NCBI GenBank assembly: GCA_038247415.1
Contig: JBBRUX010000022.1
Span: 1-64,000, forward strand
Reading direction: 5' to 3'
Source of the DNA: Chitinivibrionales bacterium
GTDB lineage: Bacteria; Fibrobacterota; Chitinivibrionia; Chitinivibrionales; WJKA01
DNA length: 64,000 bases
Both the position numbers and the translations under genes were made by a program. The notes under the pieces were generated by a model. The model made no database searches, was not told the origin of the DNA, and saw only the letters and a program-made list of their open reading frames with translations. This document shows, piece after piece, positions 42,242 through 52,155 of this stretch (its first letter is position 1; every line of letters begins with the position of its first letter).

Positions 42242-44019
42242 ACATTAAGATCCCGTTTACGGAGCCGTATTTCTTTAGGAGTCACTTCAACCAGCTCATC
42301 GTCATTGATATACGCAATGCATGCTTCAAGGCTCATAATATGGGGTGGTGTCAGCATAATATTTTCATCCGATGCTGCGGCCCGCATATTGGTAAGTTTT
42401 TTACCCTTTGAAGCATTAACGACAAGATCGTTATTGCGGCTATGCTCGCCAACCAATTGCCCACGATACACGTCGGACCCGGGGCTAAAAAACATTTTGC
42501 CGCGCTCTTGCAGATTGAAAAGCGCAAACCCAACGGTTGTACCATTTTCCTTGGCAATCATGACGCCATTTTTCCGGTTGAGAATTTCGCCACTATAATT
42601 ACCATATTCCAGGAATATATAATTCATAATTCCCATTCCGTGCGAAAGATTCATGAAATCTCCACGAAATCCGAGAAGCCCGCGTGTTGGGATGCGATAC
42701 ACAATTCTGGCCATGCCATTATTTTGCTCTAAATGAAGCATTTGACCTTTGCGAATGCCAAGCGCCTCGATGACACTACCCATGTATTGTTCGTCAACAT
42801 CGAGCGTCAGTTCTTCGAATGGTTCTAGTGTTTTTCCATCTTCTTCTCGCATAATAACCTGAGGGCGGCTCACTTGAAACTCAAACCCCTCGCGGCGCAT
42901 TTTTTCGATCAGGATAGACAAATGCAACTCGCCACGACCCGACACTTTAAATCCGGCTATATCGAAAAGCGGCTCCACCGTGAGGGCAACATCCGACAAC
43001 ACTTCACGTCTCAAACGTTCGTCAAGATGACGCGACGTAACAAATTGTCCATCGCGACCTGTAAACGGAGAATCGTTGGGGAGAAAATTCATGGAAATTG
43101 TTGGAGGATCTATAATGACCGGAGGAAGCGGCATAGGATTAATCGGATCGGTGTAGGTTACTCCAACCGTAACATCTTCCATACCAGCAACCGCAACAAT
43201 TTCTCCTACCGATGCTGTTTCGGTAGAAACTTTTAGATTACCCTCAAAACGGTAGAGTTTGGTTACGCGTGCAGGCACAAGCGAGCCATCCCGGCGTGCT
43301 ACAACCATTTCTTTATTGATATTAAAAGTGCCCCCGGTAATTTTACCGATACCAAGCCTACCAAGATAGGGCGAATAATCTATCGAATTAACAAGCATTT
43401 GTAAAGGAGCGGAAGGATCCCCCTTGGGATGTGGAATATGCGCAAGAATCTGCTGATACAATGGCTCGAGCGTTGTTGATGGCGTTGCCAAATCGCTTGT
43501 GACAAACCCTTGTTTTGCAGATCCGTATACCACAGGAAAATCCAGAATATGATCGGGAGCCCCAAGCTTTACAAAAAGGTCGAATACCTGATCGACTGCC
43601 CATGCAGGTCGCGCAGCTTTTTTATCGATTTTATTGATAACCACAATAACAGACAAATGCAATGCAAGCGCTTTTTTAAGCACAAAATATGTTTGCGGCA
43701 TAGGGCCTTCGGCAGCATCAACCAAAAGTAAGGCGCCATCAGCCATGCGCAACACGCGTTCTACCTGACCACCGAAATCGGCGTGACCTGGGGTATCTAT
43801 AATATTTACCAGATGATCTTTGTATAAAAAAGAGCCATTCTTAGAAGTGATGGTAATTCCGCGCTCACGTTCCAGGTCGGAAGAGTCCATAAGGCGCTCG
43901 GCCACAACCTGATTGTCGCGCCAGGTACCACTCTGCTTAAAAAGCTGATCGACAAGCGTTGTTTTGCCATGATCGACATGGGCAATAATTGCAATATTCC
44001 TGATTTTAGTTTGATCCAT
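42238..44019 (-). CDS. typA: Translational GTPase TypA/BipA
   Basis: IAHVDHGKTTLVD, ERGITI, DTPGHADFGG, NKID, GRGELHLSIL, KKLTNMRAA, DDELVEVTP. Confidence 0.97.
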   Translation of the reverse strand: MDQTKIRNIAIIAHVDHGKTTLVDQLFKQSGTWRDNQVVAERLMDSSDLERERGITITSKNGSFLYKDHLVNIIDTPGHADFGGQVERVLRMADGALLLVDAAEGPMPQTYFVLKKALALHLSVIVVINKIDKKAARPAWAVDQVFDLFVKLGAPDHILDFPVVYGSAKQGFVTSDLATPSTTLEPLYQQILAHIPHPKGDPSAPLQMLVNSIDYSPYLGRLGIGKITGGTFNINKEMVVARRDGSLVPARVTKLYRFEGNLKVSTETASVGEIVAVAGMEDVTVGVTYTDPINPMPLPPVIIDPPTISMNFLPNDSPFTGRDGQFVTSRHLDERLRREVLSDVALTVEPLFDIAGFKVSGRGELHLSILIEKMRREGFEFQVSRPQVIMREEDGKTLEPFEELTLDVDEQYMGSVIEALGIRKGQMLHLEQNNGMARIVYRIPTRGLLGFRGDFMNLSHGMGIMNYIFLEYGNYSGEILNRKNGVMIAKENGTTVGFALFNLQERGKMFFSPGSDVYRGQLVGEHSRNNDLVVNASKGKKLTNMRAAASDENIMLTPPHIMSLEACIAYINDDELVEVTPKEIRLRKRDLNV

Positions 44020-44209
44020 GAACCCTCATCGTCAAAAAGGTATAGTATAAAAGGCTTGATAAATTACATCGTCGCGTGGTTTGGCGCCACGAAACCGTTG
44101 TCGTTTGTTTTTATAAGGGCATTGCTTCTATATTATATAACGCAGGTTTAAGCACCCAATTCTAGGTAATGCTTTGATTTGCTTACCTAAACCCTTACCG
44201 GGAGATTTT

Positions 44210-44803
44210 ATGATCGGCAACAAAGAGATCCTTACTGCAAGCAAGCTTGTCCTTAAAGGGAACCTGCGTCTCCCCATGATCACGTTTGTGCTCATGGTTC
44301 TCATAACCTGCTTGGGCGGTGCAGTTAAAATGATTGGCCCTCTTGCAGGAATAATTATCGGCGGACCTCTCATGCTTGGATACTGTCTCTTTTTCTTGGC
44401 TTTCTACCGCAAAACCGAGCCAAAAGTTGGCATGCTCCTCAATGGATTTTCTTATTTCATCAACGCACTTGTTGCGTATCTGCTCATGATGGTCTTTACG
44501 ATTTTATGGGCGCTGCTTCTTATTGTTCCTGGAATTATCGCTGCCATGGGCTACTCTCAAGCATTTTACATCCTCGCCGATGACCCAAACCTCGATGGCG
44601 CAACAGCACTGGCTCAAAGCAAAAAAATGATGTACGGCCACAGGCTCCAGCTCTTTTACCTCTGCTGCCATTTTATCGGATGGTTTCTTTTGTCAATCTG
44701 TACGCTGGGCATTTTACTCTTGTGGGTTGGCCCCTATTTTCAAACTGCCATGACAATCTTTTATGAAGAGCTTAAAAAAGAAGTTAGGATTGGAACGGTG
44801 TAG
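44210..44803 (+). CDS. DUF975-family membrane protein
   Basis: LW.LLLIVPGII....YSQA.YI, S..MM.GH...LF.L, TLGI..LWV.PY...FY. GGAG RBS before ATG 44210. Confidence 0.85.
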   Translation: MIGNKEILTASKLVLKGNLRLPMITFVLMVLITCLGGAVKMIGPLAGIIIGGPLMLGYCLFFLAFYRKTEPKVGMLLNGFSYFINALVAYLLMMVFTILWALLLIVPGIIAAMGYSQAFYILADDPNLDGATALAQSKKMMYGHRLQLFYLCCHFIGWFLLSICTLGILLLWVGPYFQTAMTIFYEELKKEVRIGTV

Positions 44804-44892
44804 GGAATTTATTGGGGCACTGTTTGATGTAATTGTAGAAGATTACACTAGCAACGCCCCACTTTGAGTCATTCCCGCAGATCGACCGTCTA

Positions 44893-45804
44893 TTATTTGC
44901 CAATATTCATTTCCATCACTTTCCAATGGCCGCCTTTATCAGGGCCAATCCGCTGGATTTTTCCATAACTGGGCTTGCATTATAGGAGACTTTTTCACCG
45001 AACCAACTTCAATGCCATTTTTCTCAAGTTCCAATGCTTCCATCGAAATCGGCAAAGTCATCCTGACAAAGTGCGATGAGAACGCGAATGATTCTTTCGA
45101 GTACGCTTTAAGAATACGCGGCATGCCAGAACCAAGATACTCGACCATATCAAGATCCTTGAAAATACGCATTAAAATTTTATTGCGCGGGTTCGAATAT
45201 CCACTGCATATTTTGCAACCTGAACAGAATTCCCGTTTGAATCGGCAAGAAGATATCCTGCGTAATTATACTTGCGATCTTCTGCAAGGAGTTCTAAATT
45301 TGCAGCGAACTTCTCTCCAATTTCAAAGCCCGCTTCATTATAGTAAATCTTCAATTGTTCAAATGTCAAGTCTTGCCGGGGAGACTTGATTCTACCAATT
45401 GAATTACGGGTACGCCTGGCAAAGAGATCCTCAATCATGCTCGTGCGCATCATTTCCGAAGAACTGCCGACACGAATATAGCAGCCCTTTTCCGACATGC
45501 CAAACTTCTTGATATACTAGGGCTTTTCAGTGCCGCCAACAAGGACGATCTTGATGATGTCTTTCCCCTCACGTTTTTCGTGAATAACATCAAACAGCCC
45601 CATACAAGAGGGAAGAATATTGTTCTTAAAACGGTCCTTAATAGAGAGCTGCATCGCGTCAACATTATGAATGCCGACAACATTAGCCGAATCATCAATA
45701 CCGATGTTTATAACGCCTCCGTCATGATAGTTCAAAAAGGCAACGGCGCTTTTTTCAAATGCCTCATTGAGCTCTCGCTTGTATTCGATTCGATGAGATT
45801 CCAT
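44893..45804 (-). pseudogene. Disrupted AlbA_2 (Schlafen-like) / RecG-C / HTH gene
   Basis: ESHRIEYKREL..AFLN..GG.I.IGIDD (AlbA_2), in-frame TAG at 45517-45519 (EKP*YI), frame change near AKYA/SGYSNPRN, second frame change before IGPDKGGHWKVM. Confidence 0.85.
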
Positions 45805-45890
45805 TATCAGCCTCTCTGAACCTGCAACAATTCCATTTTAGACTTATCGCGCATAACAATAGGGGGCTTCAAAATCTAAGTGCCCACTAC

Positions 45891-48800
45891 TTACTCTTTT
45901 CCCGTTTTAATCACGACTGCATAATTTCCACCGACATCACTGGATCCAATCGCCAACACATAGTCAACTTTTTTCTCAAATGTGCGCGTGTCAATTTCTG
46001 GGATACCGGTTATCTGCGGCCAGGGAACCATGGTGTCATCGTGTGCAAGGGCCGCCAATAATGCTGCAAGCGTAACTAAAATAGATGCAGATTCAATGAA
46101 GCCTGTATTAAAAGTGGTTGTCACAAGCGGAATTTTTTGAGCCCTGCTACCAAAAACTACATCGAGTGCATCAAGCATTTTCTTATCCTGGGCATTTCCT
46201 TGAGGTGCCCATGCAATGCAATCGATTACAGCATGCGCAACCGCAGCACGAGCAAGGGCAGTATGTATCGCATGCACAAGAGCCGAAACATCGAGATTCT
46301 GGACAGCATACGCGCCAGCATCTGAGCTCATACCATAGCCTAGCACTTCACCCAAAATGGGTGCCGTGCGACTTTGAGCCGAATCTAATGTCTCCAAAAG
46401 CAACGTTCCGCTGCCTTCACCAATCACTTTCTTTTTTGGTTCATCCAGATGAATACGATAATCGCTTTCTTTTTCGTCGGCGTATAAAAAGCCAATCAGA
46501 TCGTAATTGTAAAAGGTTTGAGCATACACTTCGTCGGATGCAGCAGCAAACATAGCCGTTGCTTTTTCATCGTGCATGGTGTCGTAGGCATAGGCCAGCG
46601 CACAAAGGCCTGCATGCGGGCCAGTGGCAAGAGAGGTATTTGCACCTTTACAACACAGCATATTGGCAACCCAACCGGCAGTCGAATTTGCCGTAATATT
46701 GGGGAATGTTGCAAGGTCGGCAGCATAATTTTTTGTTGTAAACACGCTATCCATATGACCCATTTCCGAAGGGCCATTGCACACACCCATGGCAATACCT
46801 ACAGTATCGGCATTGCGGGGATTGATTTTTAAACAGGCACTCGCAGCAGCTCTATAGGCTGATGTTACTGCGAATGAGCTGATAGGATTTAATTGACTAA
46901 CATCATATTTTCGATCGACATCTGCAGCAACGATCTTATTCATAAGCCCTGCTTTTGCGGAGGCAATAGTTTTCACCTTAAGAGAAGACGCCGAGCCGAT
47001 ACTAACTTCCCGAGATCGAAGCTTTTCAAGGATTGTATCGAGAGTGGTACCCAAACTGCACGCAGCGCCAACACCCGTTATCACTACACGCTTATTTTTT
47101 TGTTCTTGTACCGAGATTTCGGTATCCCACTTTGTTACGACCACCGCAGCATTGTTGCCACCAAATGCATAATTTGCAGATAGGAACGCATTATACTGAG
47201 TATCACGTGCGACATTAGGAACATAGTCGAGAGTACAGCCAGGGCGAGGTTCGGTAAAATTGATAGTTGGCGGTATAAAATTTTTGTTCATTGCATATAA
47301 ATTACACGTCGCTTCCAATATGCCGGTTGCACCCATGCAGTGTCCAAAAAATGATTTAGTTGACACTGCTGGAATAGGCAGATCTCCAATAAGCCGTCCA
47401 ATAGCCTTAGATTCTGCCCGGTCGTTGGCTTCGGTACCCGTACCATGAGCATTAATACACCCAATTTTTTCGAGCGGAACGGTAGAATCCAGTACTGCAT
47501 TCTGCATTGCCAAAAAGGCACCACCGCCGCGTGGATCCGGTGACGTTGGATGATAGGCATCACAACTGGTTGCATTTCCGGCAACCTTACCCTTGATGCT
47601 TGCTTTACGCAAGAGAGCCTGCTCCATGCTTTCGAGAATCCAAAATGCAGCGCCCTCACCAATATTGAGTCCTACGGGAAGCGAAAACGGGGAGGTTTGC
47701 CCAACACCTGTTGCTTTAAGAGAATCAAATCCTGCCATATTAGATAAGCACAAAGAATCGGACCCACCCACGATCACCGTTTGATAATATCCTTTACGAA
47801 TAAGATTTTGAGCGAGCCCAATGGCCCCTGTTGCAGATGAGCAGGCTGTTGCTACAATCCATACATCACCACCAATACCCAACGCTCCAGACAATGCTTT
47901 TCCAAAACCGTAAAATTGTGCAGATTGATTCATTTTTTCATCAAACCCGCGATCGTTTTTTCCATGCTTCCAGCCATACTCGGCTTCGGCTGAGAGCAAT
48001 CCCCCATTGCAACTTCCCAGAACCAAGGCAATATCCCGTCGCAGTGTACGCCCTTGCCAGGAAAGCCCAGCATCTGCAATAGCAAGCCGCGCAGCAGAAA
48101 TCGCATACAGCAAATACAAATCTTCGTAGGTTGCAATTTCTTCTTTAGTACAGTAGGCCAATGGGTCAAAATCGGTGATTTCTCCACCGAGATTTGTTCT
48201 AAAATGGGAGGTGTCGAATTTTGTTATTGGTTTAATGCCGCTTTTGCCAGCGTGTAAATTTTTAAGAATTTCAGATTCCGTGTGCCCGATAGCGCTTATA
48301 ATCCCTGTTCCTGTAATGACAGCCTGCTGTGAAACTTTCTTTTTCTCGAGCGGTTTTCCAACAACCTGAAGACCGTTTTTAAAGGTGGAAGGCTCTAAAC
48401 TTGCAGCATGCACATCCTTCTGCATCTTAAAAAATTCTTTCCAAATAAAAATGAACTGCTCATACAGTTTTTCGGCAGACATCCCGTACGGATCTGCAAC
48501 AACATGAGCCCCATTGTAATGTTTCCAAGTTTTATCAAAGATGCGCCCTTGGCTCTCCATACGATCCCACTGCACCGAACCCGGGTACGGTGTAAAGAGA
48601 AAAAACTCGGCAGTATGAATATTTGCTTTGTCAAGAAGTGTAACAACCCGTTCCCCAATAGATCCGTCGTCCCAATCGCGGCCTACTCCAATAGATGCAA
48701 AAAAACGAATTTCCCGATCTTCGAGAATTTTTGCCAGATCGATAAGCTGCTGAATTTCCTTTTGTGAACCCTGGATAGCCCTAATGGAGACGGGGTCAAC

Positions 48801-49649
48801 ATTCATAGTGCAATAAAAATTGCGCACCCCAGCTTTTGCAGCTAGGTCGAGAAACTCGGTATCGATATTGAGCGCCATTGTTGACGAAACAAAATATTTT
48901 TTATTGAGCGGAATAAGCGCCTTAAAGAGTTCCCTGGCATAATCGTTAAGTTTACGCTGAGGAAAAAAGAGTGTGTCGTCGGCCAGATATACGTTTTCGT
49001 ACTTGAGGGAAGCTATTTCGGTAACAACCTGGTCGATTGGTCGAAACCGGATTCGTCCGCCCATATGAGCAGGTATCGCACACATCGCGCACGCATACGA
49101 GCAACCACGGGAAAGCTGCACGAGATCTTCGTCCCAGTCGTACGATTTTTTAGAATAAAAAATGTCTCGACGTGGAATTTTCATGTTAGACAAATCGAAC
49201 CGCGAACCACCCTGATACACCTTTTGCAGATTTCCTGTTTTTGCATCGGCCAGTATTTGCAGCCACGTTGGCTCCCCTTCTCCAACATTTACTGAGTCGG
49301 AATGTTTAAGACACTCATCAACCATGAATGATGGGAAAAAGCCCCCCATGATAACTTTTGTTCCATGTGCCCGATACCCATCGCCTATTTCAAATGCCCG
49401 CGTTGCCTGTGGCGTAAAACAATTGATGGCAACAAGATCGGTATGGGCAGAAAAATCGATAGGGTCGAAGGTATTATCATCGATAAATTCAATTTCCACA
49501 TCGGGGGGCGTAAGAGAGGCAAGAATGGGAATTCCAAGTGAGGGTGGTGTCGTAAAATCACCCAGGAAATAATCTATAAGGCCCTTGTCCAAGTCGGTGT
49601 TCGTAGATAAAAACTTCTCGAAACGGGGATAAATAAACGTTACTTTCAT
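45891..49649 (-). CDS. Fusion protein: B12-binding radical SAM + beta-ketoacyl synthase (FabF-like) + inactive KS/chain-length-factor-like domain
   Basis: PPSLG/GG.../GEGE B12-binding domain, SRGCSYACAMC (CxxxCxxC), KS1 with TACSS, NAHGTGT, KSFFGH, FGGNN, KS2 with ATGPHAG, WAPQG, NTGF in place of catalytic Cys/His/His. One uninterrupted 1252-aa ORF. Confidence 0.9.
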   Translation of the reverse strand: MKVTFIYPRFEKFLSTNTDLDKGLIDYFLGDFTTPPSLGIPILASLTPPDVEIEFIDDNTFDPIDFSAHTDLVAINCFTPQATRAFEIGDGYRAHGTKVIMGGFFPSFMVDECLKHSDSVNVGEGEPTWLQILADAKTGNLQKVYQGGSRFDLSNMKIPRRDIFYSKKSYDWDEDLVQLSRGCSYACAMCAIPAHMGGRIRFRPIDQVVTEIASLKYENVYLADDTLFFPQRKLNDYARELFKALIPLNKKYFVSSTMALNIDTEFLDLAAKAGVRNFYCTMNVDPVSIRAIQGSQKEIQQLIDLAKILEDREIRFFASIGVGRDWDDGSIGERVVTLLDKANIHTAEFFLFTPYPGSVQWDRMESQGRIFDKTWKHYNGAHVVADPYGMSAEKLYEQFIFIWKEFFKMQKDVHAASLEPSTFKNGLQVVGKPLEKKKVSQQAVITGTGIISAIGHTESEILKNLHAGKSGIKPITKFDTSHFRTNLGGEITDFDPLAYCTKEEIATYEDLYLLYAISAARLAIADAGLSWQGRTLRRDIALVLGSCNGGLLSAEAEYGWKHGKNDRGFDEKMNQSAQFYGFGKALSGALGIGGDVWIVATACSSATGAIGLAQNLIRKGYYQTVIVGGSDSLCLSNMAGFDSLKATGVGQTSPFSLPVGLNIGEGAAFWILESMEQALLRKASIKGKVAGNATSCDAYHPTSPDPRGGGAFLAMQNAVLDSTVPLEKIGCINAHGTGTEANDRAESKAIGRLIGDLPIPAVSTKSFFGHCMGATGILEATCNLYAMNKNFIPPTINFTEPRPGCTLDYVPNVARDTQYNAFLSANYAFGGNNAAVVVTKWDTEISVQEQKNKRVVITGVGAACSLGTTLDTILEKLRSREVSIGSASSLKVKTIASAKAGLMNKIVAADVDRKYDVSQLNPISSFAVTSAYRAAASACLKINPRNADTVGIAMGVCNGPSEMGHMDSVFTTKNYAADLATFPNITANSTAGWVANMLCCKGANTSLATGPHAGLCALAYAYDTMHDEKATAMFAAASDEVYAQTFYNYDLIGFLYADEKESDYRIHLDEPKKKVIGEGSGTLLLETLDSAQSRTAPILGEVLGYGMSSDAGAYAVQNLDVSALVHAIHTALARAAVAHAVIDCIAWAPQGNAQDKKMLDALDVVFGSRAQKIPLVTTTFNTGFIESASILVTLAALLAALAHDDTMVPWPQITGIPEIDTRTFEKKVDYVLAIGSSDVGGNYAVVIKTGKE

Positions 49650-49795
49650 ATTTTTCTCGCATCGTGGTCAAAAATGAATACTCTTTTCCAATTCTCTAAA
49701 ACCTTTAAAAAATACATCCATCCATTCTGGATGCACTTTAAAAAACTCTTTTCTGGCGACTACATTCTCTAAATCCAATCATTATATTAAAAAGC

Positions 49796-51211
49796 ATGCG
49801 TATTATTGATGCAATCGATGTAATTTTTATTGCCCTTATCGTGTATGGTGGATTTCTCGGACTCAAACAGAGGATATCCCGATCATTTGCGCTTACCATT
49901 ATTGCAGTGGGCTCAATTTATCTTCTCTCCCATATTTTTAATTTATATCTCACTTCGCTCTTTTTTCAAGCTGGACTCTCGGCTATTTTAGCTGCATTAG
50001 TACTCATATTTCAAACTGATATCCGACGGATTTTCGAGCAACTTTCAACATTTCGCTCGCGTAAAGGTCGTAGGGGCAATGTCGCTTCTACATCAACTGT
50101 TGACACCCTCACAGAATCACTTGCCCGCCTTGCCGACAATAAAATTGGTGCCCTTATCGTGATAAAAGGTCAGCAACCACTCGAACGGCATATCCGAGGT
50201 GGATTTTCGCTGGGTGGCCGGATCACGTTTCCTATTGTGTATAGCATTTTTAATACACAATCCCCAAGCCACGACGGAGCGGTAATTATAGAGGGCGAAA
50301 CCATCGAAAAATTTGGTGTGTATTTGCCCCTCTCTCAAAATTTACAAGAAGGCAAAAAAGCCGGAACCCGGCATGCAGCAGGGCTCGGGCTCTCGGAACA
50401 CTGCGACGCACTTATTATTATTGTATCGGAGGAACGGGGAAGCATATCAATTGCAGAGCACGGCAAACTTATTCCCATGGACTCTGCTGCAGCGGTAAAA
50501 AAGAAGCTCGAATCCTATTATAATCGGATGTTTCCCATCGAGCCTAAAAAAACACGGTTGCGATGGCTTACACACAATTTTTGGTACAAACTCGGCGCGA
50601 TTTCAATAGCTATTGGCCTTTGGTTTTTTCTCTCGTTTAGAGCCGAAAATGTTCAGAGAACATTCACCGTTCCCATAGAGTGCCGCAATGTTCCTTCTGG
50701 GTATGCTATCGATGAGCTTGAAGTTTCGGAAGCTAAAATTACGCTTACAGGTTTTGAGCGAGCGTTTGGATTTAATCCATCCACCCTCGCACTATCTGTC
50801 GATCTTTCAAATGCGCGGGAGGGAATTCAAACAATTGCACTCTCTGAACGCAACCTGATTAATAAACCATCCAATATTATTCTGAACAGAATCGAACCAA
50901 AAAATGTTGCCATCCGTGCGTATGCTCTCATTCAAACCGATATTCCTGTTCACCTTGTAAAAGAGGGTACGCTTCCGGAATCGTACTCGATTACGAGTGT
51001 ATCGATAGATCCCCCATCAATCGCCGCATTAATCCCTCGTAGTGCACTCGATGAGATAACCTACCTCCGCACTGAACCCTTTGATGTAAGCGATCTTCGT
51101 CAAACAACAGCGACACGGCTCAAAGTGCATTTTCCACCAACAACTCACCCCGTTACAGGAAAACCAACTGCTGTTCGAGTGATAATTCTGGTTGCTCAAA
51201 AAAAACGATAA
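49796..51211 (+). CDS. Diadenylate cyclase CdaA fused to CdaR/YbbR domains
   Basis: 3 TMs, IFQ.DIRR, GALIV, HDGAV, GTRHAA, VSEERG, then a TM helix (HNFWYKL...LW) and YbbR-like repeats. Confidence 0.88.
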   Translation: MRIIDAIDVIFIALIVYGGFLGLKQRISRSFALTIIAVGSIYLLSHIFNLYLTSLFFQAGLSAILAALVLIFQTDIRRIFEQLSTFRSRKGRRGNVASTSTVDTLTESLARLADNKIGALIVIKGQQPLERHIRGGFSLGGRITFPIVYSIFNTQSPSHDGAVIIEGETIEKFGVYLPLSQNLQEGKKAGTRHAAGLGLSEHCDALIIIVSEERGSISIAEHGKLIPMDSAAAVKKKLESYYNRMFPIEPKKTRLRWLTHNFWYKLGAISIAIGLWFFLSFRAENVQRTFTVPIECRNVPSGYAIDELEVSEAKITLTGFERAFGFNPSTLALSVDLSNAREGIQTIALSERNLINKPSNIILNRIEPKNVAIRAYALIQTDIPVHLVKEGTLPESYSITSVSIDPPSIAALIPRSALDEITYLRTEPFDVSDLRQTTATRLKVHFPPTTHPVTGKPTAVRVIILVAQKKR

Positions 51212-51298
51212 TCAGCTCATTTTCTTTCCTAGCATGTATATTCTTATGTCCCAATAGTGGGGATAGTAATCTCATTTCACCTCAGTAAGGAGTTTCTC

Positions 51299-52090
51299 AT
51301 GAGACGCTTGGTAGTAGCCACTGTGGCTGTTGCATTAATGCTTCCACAAGTTGCATGCACTGCAGCTGATAAAAAAGTAACAGAACTTAAAACAGAATCT
51401 GCAAAGCAGAGCTATATGCTCGGTCAAGATGTTGGTGCATATCTTAAACAACTCGATGCGGGTGTTGACCTCGATGCATTTATGCAAGCAATTAAAGACA
51501 CTTTAGGCGGTACGAAATCACTTCTGACTCCAGAACAAACTGCTCAGATTAAACAAGAATTCAGCGCTAAAATGCAAGAAAAACAAGCTGCAAAAGCTAA
51601 AGTTTCTTCAGAAAAAAACGATAAAGAAGGTGCAGCATTTTTAGAAAAAAACAAAACCGAAAAAGGTGTTGTTACCACAGCAAGCGGACTCCAATACCAG
51701 GTTCTCACCGAAGGTACTGGTCCAATTCCTACTGCAATGGATAAAGTATCGGTGCATTACCGTGGCACATTGCTTGACGGAACAGAATTCGACAGCTCAA
51801 TCAAGCGCGGTCAACCAGCATCATTCTCTGTAACGGGAGTTATTCCAGGGTGGACCGAAGCACTGCAACTTATGAAGGTTGGTTCCAAGTACAAGCTTTT
51901 TATACCATCAAAACTTGCATATGCCGAGCGTGGAGCTGGCCCTCAAATTGGTCCTGGCGCCACCCTTATTTTTGAAGTTGAATTGCTTTCAATCGACAAA
52001 CCAGAACCAGCTGCCATAGCACCTGCGACAGCGCCTGCCGCTGCCCCAGCTGCTAAAGCAACCAAGCCTGCTGCAAAACCCGCAAAATAA
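51299..52090 (+). CDS. FKBP-type peptidyl-prolyl isomerase (FkpA/Mip-like)
   Basis: SY.LG..VG, TASGLQY, VHYRGTL.DGTEFDSS, VIPGWTEAL, LIFEVELL. AAGGAG RBS before ATG 51299. Confidence 0.95.
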   Translation: MRRLVVATVAVALMLPQVACTAADKKVTELKTESAKQSYMLGQDVGAYLKQLDAGVDLDAFMQAIKDTLGGTKSLLTPEQTAQIKQEFSAKMQEKQAAKAKVSSEKNDKEGAAFLEKNKTEKGVVTTASGLQYQVLTEGTGPIPTAMDKVSVHYRGTLLDGTEFDSSIKRGQPASFSVTGVIPGWTEALQLMKVGSKYKLFIPSKLAYAERGAGPQIGPGATLIFEVELLSIDKPEPAAIAPATAPAAAPAAKATKPAAKPAK

Positions 52091-52103
52091 GATTTTTAAC
52101 GAC

Positions 52104-52132
52104 TTCGGCAGGGCATCGCTCTGCCGAATTTT
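52104..52132 (+). terminator. Intrinsic terminator
   Basis: TTCGGCAG(GG) / (CT)CTGCCGAA stem followed by TTTT. Confidence 0.7.
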
Positions 52133-52155
52133 ATTTCTAGTAAAGGAAGACTTTT

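Noticed and set aside
44868..44878. GTCATTCCCGC, resembling the start of a REP-type palindrome
   Set aside because: The complementary arm is missing and there is no second copy seen in the window.
45517..45519. In-frame TAG as pyrrolysine or stop-codon readthrough
   Set aside because: The same gene has two further frame-breaking lesions and TAG ends normal genes here (e.g. nadB, cheB). A Tyr-to-stop mutation is simpler.
52000..52090. Ala/Pro/Lys-rich repeat at the FKBP C-terminus
   Set aside because: Ordinary low-complexity tail.
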